Of a stretch of DNA of 64,000 bases, positions 53,979-64,000 are shown piece by piece (the first letter of the stretch is position 1; the number at the start of each line of letters is the position of its first letter). This DNA is from Lama guanicoe (taxonomy: Eukaryota), in assembly GCA_013239625.1 (NCBI GenBank), contig MU053376.1:2034507-2098506 (forward strand), written 5' to 3'. Position numbers and translations under genes: made by a program. The notes below the pieces were generated by a model that was given only the letters and a program-made list of their open reading frames with translations, ran no database searches and was not told the origin of the DNA.

Positions 53979-56614
53979 GGACCTAACTAGAAGGAAGCAG
54001 GGGCCGTCCGGCTCCCCAGTGGGGAGTGCAGCAACTCTGGGGAGCCTGGCTCCTCTTTCTGTGTCCTGGAGCTGCAGGGAAATAGTTTTTGCCTCTCTTA
54101 CAGAATCTACTCAATTTCTTCTTTGGAAACGCGTTTGGGTTCAAAACCCAGATTCTGGAAGCCCGTGTGCCCCCTGATTCCACTTTGGTCAGGATGTGGC
54201 CCCAGGAATCTGCATTGTTGATGCGCTTCCCTGGTGATTCTTCTGCAAGCTCAGGTTTGAGGACCCTAAGGCAGAGTCTGCAGGGCCCAGCAGAGAACGT
54301 GTGAGTGCCCAGCACAGACACAAGGGGCCCCCCTCCTCCAGGGCCCACCTTTCACTTTCTCGTGCGTGCAGCTGCCCCTCCTCAGCAGGGGCAGCCTCAG
54401 GGGGCAGCTGCAGCTGCTCATCTGGGTGTCACTTCCAAACTGCGCCAGCAACTTTGCAAAGGGTGGAATTCCTGGCTTCCTCCCTCATCTCACAGAGAAT
54501 CCGTAATCAGGCAACCCCGGTGGGAGGTGGTATGGTAAGGAACAGGCCAGCGTGACCTGAAGTAGCTTCAGCTTATTTCCTGGGAAGCTCTGAATTACAG
54601 CCGCCACTTGAAGCCATCAGGCCCTTTGCCTTAGCCTCTCACCAGAGAGAGAGACAGAGAGAAAGAAGAGCTGAGAGTGAGGAAAGGACAGAGGGTGGGA
54701 GGGAAGGATGAAGGATGGACAGGAGGGGCCAGATACAGAGGGAAAGCAGGAAAGACCATGAGGGGGCCAAGGAGCAGAAATAAGAGGAACAAAACAAAGA
54801 CCCAGAAAGGAGGAGGTGTGCACTTGCACATGTGTGCTTCTAATAGGCTGGGGTGGGAGCAGGGACCGCCTGGGAGGTCATCCAGGCGACTGGTCTGTCA
54901 CAGCCCCAGTCCATGGCCTCCTGCCATAGCGATGGGCCCGGAGCTGGCTGAGCGCTGGAACGTCCGTGGCTGTGGCTTGGAGCCTCCCCTCCAGCTGAGG
55001 GAAAAAGCTGCTGACAAATCTGCCTGGAATAGCTGAGTTTTTCCGACACGGAAAGAAGAAACATACACACACAAACCAGTCTTATCATAAGCCTGGCAGA
55101 GTGGCTCGGGGTGGAAAAATTCCATAACTGAGACGCAGATGGAGGAGGTGCCACTAAACCACCGGAAAACAAGCCCCACCCACCCCCTCCCTACACGGTG
55201 ACACGGTTCCAGGAGGCCTCAGATCCCTGCTCACGTTCCCACCCTGGTTTGCCCTTCTTGTTCCCAAGCACTGTCATCAAGGACCTAGATGACCCCCATG
55301 GGAGCAATGGAGTTGGGTGACACACCGAATGCCCATCCACCCTGAGAGTGAAGATGGTGACCTACCGGCCCTCATCCTGGTCAGTTACCAGCACCCGAAG
55401 GCAGGAAATCCACCCAGCAACCTCGGAGGGGCACCTGAGTCCTAAATGGGGCTACCAACCCCTCCCCACCTCTACCCAGCTCCCGCCTGCCTTCAGGCAC
55501 CTTCTATTCTCTCGAGATCAAAGAGTTCCCTCACCTCCCCCTCCCTGGGTGCAGGGCCCTGTCTTGAAGGGCTATTAAGAGATACGTCCTGGGGGGGCGC
55601 CTACAACTGAGTTCATTTCACTAAACATTTAATGAGCACCTAGTTGCCCTGCACGGTGGGATCAGGAAGACCAACAAAACCCAAGTGAGGGAGGCAAAAA
55701 TGTAAAAACTTCATCATGACATGTTAGGGCGATGTGAATGCTAAAGACACAAGCAACCTGCTGCCATCTTTCCCAGGAGAAAGAGCAATGAATTAGGTCT
55801 GGGGGACTCTGCGAAGGCTCTGCGGAGGACCTGGTATTTGAACTAGACTTTGAAAGTGGAACAGATTTCAATAGAGAGAAAAAAATGGGAAAAGATTTTT
55901 CTGATGCTTCCAACAGCTCCTACAAAGTGAGATCAGAGATTTTTAAACACAGCGCCCTCCCCTCTTTTTTTTTTTTTTCCAAATCACACCAGCTGGGCAG
56001 CGCAAAGGCAAAATCATGGATTTGAGTCTAGACTGTGGCACCTTTGGGGGCCAGTCACATACATTCTCTGAGCCTCAGTTTTCTCATCTGGAAAACAGGA
56101 ACGTTGGCCACTTCACAGAGTTGTCATGACAATTCAGCCAAGTCATTCAAGCCAAGAGTACCTGCTGCACAGTAGGTATTTGATGGTGTTTCCTGAGTGA
56201 ATATAGAAGCATATAGCATTTTACAAGGGAATTTCACGAACATTTTAATTCTGCGACAAAGTTTTGTCACACTTCCTGTTCACAGTCTAGCAATGGAAGG
56301 TACCACCCACTTTCCGGGGAGGCCGGGGACTGTAGGCAACAAGCTGCCCCAGAAGGGAAGGAAGCCGCCTAGAGCGCTGTCAAGGGTCAGAGCGTTTTTC
56401 CTCAGATGTCTACAACGGGGCTCACACCATCCCAACCACCCACTACCTTGGTCCCATTTTCAAAGTGTGGTCTGTGAGTGATGTTAATCAGACTTGCATA
56501 AAATACAAGCCAATAACCAGACTTACTGAATTGACCTCTGGAGGGGAGGGTCTAGGAAATACACATTTGGGACAAACTCATGCTCGTAAAGCTTGAGAAA
56601 GTGTGGGGAATGTT

Positions 56615-56955
56615 GCGCCTGCTGGTCCTTCAGCCTGGACCACCCTTGCTCAGGCAGATAAAGGGCTTACTCCATTCAGGTCTGTGTTTCAACGTCCACT
56701 CCTCAGTGAGGTCCTTCCTGACCCCCAATCTCATATAGCCGCCCCTGTGACTTTCTGTCCCTCACTGTGCTTTGCTTTTCATCATGGTGCGCATGACCTG
56801 ATGCTATGTTACACTTACGTTTCTATGTTTATTACCTGACTCTCCCACTAAAATGTAAGCTTCAAGAACGTGGCCAGCTCACTGTTGCACTTTTAGTGCC
56901 TAGAACCGCACCTGAGAAATAGTGGGTACTTGATAATTACCTGGTAAATGAATAA
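56615..56955 (+). mobile_element. L2 LINE 3' fragment
   Basis: TCAGGTCT...TCCTCAGTGAGGTCCTTCCTGACC...CTCCCACTAAAATGTAAGCTTC...AGTGCCTAGAAC...AAATGAATAA. Confidence 0.65.
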
Positions 56956-56972
56956 TTCTTCTGTGCCCTCAG

Positions 56973-57352
56973 AGACTGCAGTGAGGGTTCTTTAGTGCTG
57001 TTCGCCAAATATTTCCAGCTCTTTGCCCATTCTGACACGTGGAAGGAACGCACCTCCTGCTCCCCTTGTGTATGGTGGGCTCTAGAACTAGTTCTGGCTG
57101 ATGAGTTGTGAGCAGAAGTGACTGGAGCTTTTCCATGCTGGGGTAGGTGCCTCTGGGCTCTCTCGGTTTCCCTCTGGTTTGGCGATGGGCAACATCCAAC
57201 ATGGTGGCTGCTAGGTCCCCCAGTAACTTTGATGAACAAAGTGTCCCTGCCAACAGGCAAAGGGCATATAATGTGAGAAAGATGTCTCTGGATGAAAGGC
57301 GCTGAGATCTGGCGGGTGTTTATTACCGCAGCATAACCTAACCTGTCCTGAC
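56973..57352 (+). mobile_element. MaLR solo LTR (MLT1-like)
   Basis: TAGTTCTGGCTGATGAGTTGTGAGCAGAAGTGA...GCTGAGATCTGGCGGGTGTTTATTACCGCAGCATAACCTAACCTGTCCTGACA. Confidence 0.7.
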
Positions 57353-59002
57353 AGGTCCAGTGATCCCGTGCAGACAGTGGTACTGTCAGAATCACTGGGA
57401 GGTCCCTAAATGCTTCGGGGACTCCAGGCGACTCCAAATGCCTTCAAAGCCAAACAAACCCAGAAAACTTCCCCTCGGAAAGTCAGGCCACATTCTGCCC
57501 TTCCCTTTTCCTTCCTGCTAGGGAACTCAAGGGGGGTTAGGGACAGTCTTGAAGAGACTCACCCAATGAGGGAACTGTCTGATGGCCTCTGGGACCACCT
57601 CTGAAGTGACCTCACACACTGACCACATACTCAAATTCACTGTCATCATCCTTCCCTTTGGTCAAAAATAAGAACAGCACACCCACTCTTTTGGGAGTGA
57701 GTCACCAACAGAAAAAAATCAATGGCTCTGAGCAAGAGGTTCTGCTAACAAGGGGAAAAAACTCCCAGTAGAGGTGTTTCAGCAGATGCTGTGGTCTCAC
57801 CTCTGTGGCCTGCATGACCAGAGGCTGATCCAAACAATTTTGAAGTTCAAGAAGCAAGACACTACCCCAGGCATGGTCCTGACCCTACAGTGTGACTAGT
57901 GTTTATTTAGTACTCCTTCCCTGGGGAAAGAGGAATGAGTTGCACGCATGCGTGTGCGTGTGTGTATGTGTGTGTGTGTGTGTGTGTTGTGGGAGAGGAT
58001 GTGTTTTGGGGGAAGTGGGGGACTAGGCTGCGAAAGGTGACATCAGAAGAGGCAAGTCCCAGACAGAGCCTCCTGCAGGAGTTTGGGAGATGGAGCTGCC
58101 TCTTTCGACCTCAATTTCTTGGCTTATGAGATGAACCTTAAGATAAACTTGATAAACTTTTTCGATTGGTTCCATGAAGTTATGTTATCTCCATCTGCAT
58201 CTCCATTCCCATTCCAGAAGCCAGTGTAGGGCCCTGACCCTGCCGGATCTCCTCCTCCACTTCAATGCTGAGAGAACTCCCCACCCACCATTCCTCCTAA
58301 TCAGAGCTAGAGCAAGAAAACAAAACCAGAGCATTTTTCTACACAGCTTAGGCGACTGGGAAAAGGAGTTTATGCCTGATTTTTCTAGATGGTCCTCAGT
58401 TTCCAGGGCCAAAGGAGACACTCATCCCAGAAGCCTCTCCATCCTGGGAATCTGGGCTGGGCTGCCCAGACTCATGTGGGAAGGTGGGGGAGGGAGATGA
58501 AGGACAGAGATGGTGATTGTGTGCTATTATTCCACATATGGCATTTCAAAACTGGCCTTCCAGTGATGTACTCTTTGCCAGGTCTCTTCCTCTTGCCACA
58601 CTAAGCTGTCGCCAGAGCTCAGGCTTGCTGCACACCCTGCTCCTCACCCAGCCCTCTGCCTTCCCAGAGTTGGAGGGAGTGATCTCTGAACAAGTCGCAA
58701 ACTTGTGGAGATGGATGGATAACAGAAGGCAGATACAAGCAAATATGTATATGCAATACAGGTTTCTGCAACAACCCTGAGAGAATTGCTTGCAGAAAAA
58801 GTAGGAGAGATGGGAATAAGAGACCACAAAGGCAAATTATGGTTTCCTTTTTAAATATTCAGCAGAAAGCTTTGTGGGATAGAGCCCCCATTAGGTTTTC
58901 CTCAGTCATGTCCCACTGAACTTCACCTGTTCTGCGGGGTGGGCGGTGGGGGGAGGGGCGGAGAACGAAGAAGTTCATTCTCTTATCACTACCTTAGATC
59001 TA

Positions 59003-59184
59003 AAGTAGTGGGTCCTTGGACCAGTAACATCAACATTGCCTGGGAACTTGTTAAAAATGCAAAAATCTCAAACCTCAGCCCCAGACAAACTGACTCAGAA
59101 ACTCTGGGGGTGGAGCCGAGTAATCTGTGATTTAACAAGCCCTCCAGGTAATGGCGATGCATGGCAACATTTGAAAACCACTGA
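59003..59184. mobile_element. MER5A-like DNA transposon relic
   Basis: GGACCAGTAACATCAACATTGCCTGGGAACTTGTTAAAAATGCA...ACTCAGAAACTCTGGGGGTGGAGCC...TTTAACAAGCCCTCCAGGT...TTTGAAAACCACTG. Confidence 0.75.
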
Positions 59185-60269
59185 TGTAGAGAAAGCAAGG
59201 GTCAGACAGGGGAGAGGAAAGGTGGAGGAGGGGAGCAGGGGGGTGGCTCCCACTCCCGCTCTCCCATCTTAACTCCTGCTTTGTAGCACTGTGGTGTTGG
59301 CTCCTGTGGGTCGCTCCTCCCATGCATCCAGAAGCCACCTCACAAGGTGAGAAGCTCCAGCCTCCGGTAGACGCAGGTACCGGAGGACTCTATGTGGTTG
59401 CCACCACCTTGAGGGAGAAGTCATGGGCCAAAACAGGCTGGGAATTCCCTGGCCACTAGACTCTTGAAATTTTAGGAATTACCTAAAAATTACCTCCAAG
59501 GGGAAATCAAAAAGGAAAAGTGAAGATTTCCCTAGGAGACACTAGGGGGAGACCCATCTCTGGCCTGGAAAGAGGAAGGAGCATCTCTGAGGCCTAGAAG
59601 AATTTAAGACTGTGAATTTCCAAAGTTGGTTCGCTGGTGATTTCTGCTAAATCAACCAACCCGAACCCCAAGTTTTAAGAGGACAGGCAGTGAGCTTTGA
59701 GTTTGAGTGATGGGAGTGGAGAGGATGGGAAAAGCATCTCCCCACTCCCAGACCAGTTTATTGTTAAGGAAACTGTAGAGGCCAGGGTCATGCAACTGGT
59801 CTGTGACCGGACACACAGGTTCAAAGATCCAGCAGTCTCGTTTCCCCACGCACGAGAGATGTTCAGCACGCGCTACGTCATCTGCGGGACCCAGCGCTGA
59901 AAGAAAATGCCAGCCCTTTGTTCAAAAATTACAATGACTTTCAAGGCCGTGATAGCAGGGCGTTAAACTCGAGGGGAGGGGAGAGTTTATGAAGTCTGCC
60001 TTGGAGCTGATAGGAAGGGACCTCTGCTTGGCTTCCGTAGGTGAAGTGTCCATACCAGATACAAAGTTGGGCTTTTGCGGGGAGGTGGGTGGCGGTGGTG
60101 GTATTTCCACAGTAATCACCAGAGCAGCTGTGGAGACAGGAGGATTTGACTTAGGAAGAAAAAGCCCTCCCAACCCACGAGGCGCTGGCGTGTTCTCCTA
60201 ATCCAGGGCCCAGGATCACTAACCCCCACGTCTTCCAGGAAAGGAATATCCTGCCGGACAGGGGGGCTG

Positions 60270-61620
60270 AGAGAGGGGAAATCCAACAAGAGTGAAAGTG
60301 GCGCGCGGACAGCCTCGCTCGCCGCGGAGGCGGCTTCTCGCCATCAGCATCGGAAGCGTCCCCCGCCGCGCGTCCCTCCGCGTCACGGGACTCTGCTGCG
60401 GGCGCATGAGCCGGGGCCGGGCATCCCCGACCCACGCCTGGCTCGGCTCGCGGAGGAGCGGCGGGCGGCGGGCCGCTGCGATCCGGAGAGTGGAAGCGCA
60501 AAGGGGGACATTCCTCTGGTCGGCGTGAAAACCAGGAGGGTGGCGGGCAGACACTGAGCCTGTGGACATCTCCCTAGACCCCATCCTCAGCTAGTTCCTA
60601 AGCCCTTCCCTCCGGCCCGTTCCCTCACCTGGACGTGTTGGGGTGCGGGTGGGCGGGGGCCGGGGGTAGGAATCTGGTGTTGGGAGAAATGATAGGAGAG
60701 GGAAAGAGGCAGGACTGCAGGCAGGCAGGCAGGCGGCCCCCTACAAAATGCCTCTTCTGAGTTGTCCTGAATAAAGCCTTTCCCATACGCAGTCCTTCAG
60801 CTGCCCCAGCTTCCCGAAGACGTCCCTAAACCCACACTCGCCCAGGCGCCCCCCACCGCCGCCCCTGTCGCTGTGTGGGTCGGTGATTCCCTCGGGTCGT
60901 CCTTCCTGCCTCTCCGAAGTCTCCCCGCCCCCGCCCCGCCCTGCAGGCTGCGGTCCCTTTAAAGGCGCGCTCGTCTGGGGCCGCCCTTCTCTCGAGGCGG
61001 ACTCGGGAGGAGCGCCACCGCAGAGAGCCGCCGCCACTAGCCCGGCATGGCCATGGCGTCCCCGGCCATCGGGCAGCGCCCGTACCGCCTGCTCTTGGAC
61101 CCAGAACCGCCGCGCTATCTGCAGAGCCTGAGCGGTCCCGAGCCGCCGCCGCCGCCGGCGCCCCCGGGCCGCTCCTCGCGCCGCTGCGCCCCAGCGCCCG
61201 TCTCCACTGCGCCCGGGGCGCATGAGGGGCGCGGCGCCCGGAGGGCTGCCCGGGGGGACGCGGAGCCCCAGCCTCGGGCCTCCCGGCCCGCTCGCCCTCT
61301 CCGACCTGGTCTGCAGCAGAGACTGCGGCGGCGGCCTGGAGCGCCCCGGCCCCGCGACGTGAGGAGCATCTTCGAGCAGCCGCAGGATCCCCGCGTCCCG
61401 GCGGAGCGAGGCGAGGGGCACTGCTTCGCCGAACTGGCGCTGCGGAGCGGCCGGGGCTGGTGTGACCTGTGCGGCCGAGAGGTGCTGCGGCAGGCGCTGC
61501 GCTGCGCTAGTGAGTGTGAGGGCAGGGGAGGGGCGCGCGGGCAGACCGCAGTCCACGGGCGGGCAGCCACGAGGCGGCCGGGGCGGGCAGAGACGGGGCA
61601 TTGCCCTCTCTGGCTCCGGG
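60270..61620. promoter_or_regulatory. CpG island / RASSF5 (NORE1A) promoter
   Basis: Dense CpG and high GC; overlapping GC boxes CCCCGCCCCCGCCCCGCCC (~60922-60940); TATA-like TTTAAA at 60958-60963. Confidence 0.85.
61047..61509 (+). CDS. RASSF5: Ras association domain family member 5 (NORE1A isoform), coding exon 1: proline-rich region and start of C1 domain
   Basis: MAMASPAIGQRPYRLLLDPEPPRYLQSLSGPE...RDVRSIFEQPQDPRVPAERGEGHCFAEL...GWCDLCGREVLRQALRCA, A|gtgagt donor. Confidence 0.96.
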
Positions 61621-63694
61621 GGACACCTGGACTTTACCTGGGGGAAATAAGCCCTGGAAACACTCCGCTCCTTCGTTTCCTGTCCGGTGTCCTTTAGTGA
61701 CTGCCTACTGCCCAGGTATGGTTATGCCGTACTTAACATAGCTCTTCCCCTGATAGGTGCACGCCTCGCCCTTGCCCGGACACACACATACTCACACCGA
61801 CACATGCACGCAGGTTGGGGTTGATGGCTGAAGCTACAAGGTCATTCTGGTGTCTCCTGTGCACCCTCTTGCTTTTGTTATAGGTTCTTGAGAGTGGGTG
61901 GTGGGGCTGGTGGTGAGGCTGGTGAGATGACCGTTTGACCCGTGCTTAGGGTTATTGGCAAAATGGCTTATTTGTCCGCCCACCGTACAGGCCCATGGTA
62001 CGTGCCTGCCTATGGTACACCCCTCCTCCAGGGTGACCTGTTGGGACAGGAAGGAGTCCTGGTTAGGCTTTGGATGGAAACAGGCTGTGAGGTTAGAGAG
62101 CCTGACCCTGGACCTGTGCCCCCTCTTGCCTTCCACCTCTGGTACCTCAGACCTTTGGACTCTGCTCTAATGTTTGGCTGTGTCGTGCCTCCTCCCCTTC
62201 CTCCTCCTGGGTTACTGCACCAGCTATCATGCTCCAAAATTACCCAACTACCTGCCCTGTCCCTTCCTCCCTAGAGCTCTCAGGTCCCTCCAACCTCTGC
62301 TTGAAACAGACTCTTCTCAAAACGGGACTATAAAACACTGGGCACCCAGTGTCAAAGATTGCCTAGCAAATTTGCAGTCTTCTCAGAGGTTTATTATTTT
62401 TCTCTTCCAACAGTTAGATGTTTGTATTTCTTTAATGGATGTCCTCTTCCCACCCCCATATTTGCTCTTGCCATGCTTGGCAGAGGCTAGCCATACCCCT
62501 GTGTTTACGTGTTTACATAGACAGTTCAGGTATCTGAAGCACACAGCACAGACAATGGCACAACTCCTAGCAAGCATCTCTGGAAATGGCTTGTGGTTTG
62601 CATCTTTCAGCAAAAGCCCTTCCCACATGACAGCAGCCCCACATCTCCCATCCAGCTGCAGCAATGGACAGCAGCAGTATATGCATGTCAGGAAAAGCCT
62701 GCCTTGCCTCTTTCTGCAGTCCACAGCCAAGGCTCTGCCGTGTGCCTCCCACTGCAGTTGGCTTCGGGGAAGGAGGGCTCAGACTCTAAGCCAGGGTCAA
62801 GTGGAAGGGGAAGATTGGAGGGGAAAGTGGGTGCTGCTCCCACCATCATCAGAACTCAGTTCAGCTGCTAATTAAAAAGCAAAGAGCAAAAGTTATAGAG
62901 GTGTGTGATGTGGCTGGAGGGCTGCTGTCACCTGGTAAGTGTCCCTGACCTTCAGTTGAACCAAATGCAACTTTCCCACAGGTGTGTTGGCAGCTTTTGC
63001 CCTCTCAAAGGTCCTAGGGTACTTGACTGCATCCACCAGCCCTATAAACACAGGGAGAGGCGGTATCCTCACTGTAATGGGTTTTATTGTGCTGGAATCC
63101 CAGGAAATTTACTTCACTGGAATTCTAGTTTGTATCAAGACATTGGGGGACTAAATCAGTTGTTGAACATTTTGCATATAGCTTTATGATTTTGGGGGGT
63201 GCTGTTGATAATGGTGTGTGTGTTTGTATATGTATATGGGCGATACTCCATGAGTAAATGAATTTATGTTCACTTCACATTAGAATTATTTCCTTTGATT
63301 AGTTCATAAATGGTTTCTGTAGCAGGAAGCCCCAGGTGCACGGCCATTTCCTCTGATTTTGTGTGTGACTTGGTGGCCCTCGGCAAGGTGGTTTAATACC
63401 GGCCAGAGCTGTTTGAACACCAGCGAGGGAGCAGAGTTGGAATCAAGGGGTGATGGAGAGGAATCTCTGTTTGCTGTTATTAATATTTAACTGACTGTGG
63501 ACCTGTGGCTGGATGAGGACAGTTGAGAAATGTCCTGATGGCTGGCAGGTAGAGACACAGCAGGCCAGACTCAGCAGTCATCTTTCTGTTAGTCGAAGTT
63601 CTAATTCCATGGGGTTGAAGTCGCTTTGTTTTATCTTTGTTTCGAAAAGCAGGGGTCAGAAACATGCCTTTTTAAAGGCCATACTATGCAGTGA

Positions 63695-63945
63695 CTAAGA
63701 GAACAGCCTGGAACCAGAAGACCTCGGTTTGAATCCTGACTCTGCCACTTCGTCTCTGTGTGTCCTTGGGCATCTCTGTGTTCCACGTCCTTGTTTTTTT
63801 TTAAAAAAAAAATAGGAATGATAACACGACCTTCTCCATGGTGTTAATGTGAGAATTAAATGAATGAATGCACGTAAAGTGCTTAGAACAGTGCCTGGCA
63901 GAATGCAGTATAAATGTTTAATGCAATTTGAGTGTTATTATTATC
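63695..63945 (+). mobile_element. MIR SINE, near full length
   Basis: GAATCCTGACTCTGCCACTT...CTTGGGCA...GTGAGAATTAAATGAATGAATGCACGTAAAGTGCTTAGAACAGTGCCTGGCA. Confidence 0.8.
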
Positions 63946-64000
63946 CACTCCCATCCAACAGCTGTGACAGTTTGTCTGGGCTCCTGACCCTTCTTAGGAT

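Noticed and set aside
60741..61601. 286-aa antisense ORF over RASSF5 exon 1
   Set aside because: Stop-codon depletion in a CpG island; low-complexity Arg/Pro/Gly/Ala composition
61510..61697. Extension of the RASSF5 ORF to 216 aa
   Set aside because: Read-through past the A|GTGAGT donor into intron 1; the C1 domain continues in an exon outside the window
62174..62875. 233-aa ORF in RASSF5 intron 1
   Set aside because: Non-ATG start, no domain resemblance, no convincing splice sites

Overview
Mammalian genomic DNA, most likely camelid given four tRNA-Ala(AGC)-derived SINEs. It covers the conserved SRGAP2-IKBKE-RASSF5 block, with all three genes on the + strand. It contains the last six coding exons and ~3 kb 3'UTR of SRGAP2, and the complete IKBKE (IKK-epsilon) gene: 2 non-coding plus 20 coding exons that splice into an intact 2157-nt ORF of 718 aa. 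It also contains the CpG-island promoter and first exon of RASSF5 (NORE1A). The rest is intron or intergenic DNA with MIR, L2, L1, MaLR, MER5/MER33 and SINE relics. The most notable observation is a pair of independently inserted MER41-like ERV1 solo LTRs flanking IKBKE exons 14-15, each retaining a GAS (STAT) motif and an IRF-like motif; these are candidate lineage-specific interferon-responsive enhancers. Other observations are a tandem NF-kB pair upstream of IKBKE, a uORF-rich IKBKE leader, an intronic polyadenylation route to a truncated SRGAP2, and a cluster of miR-145 seed sites in the SRGAP2 3'UTR. Exon boundaries were read by hand. Repeat family names and human comparisons come from recall, not a database search. 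No prokaryote-type system (CRISPR, operon) is present.
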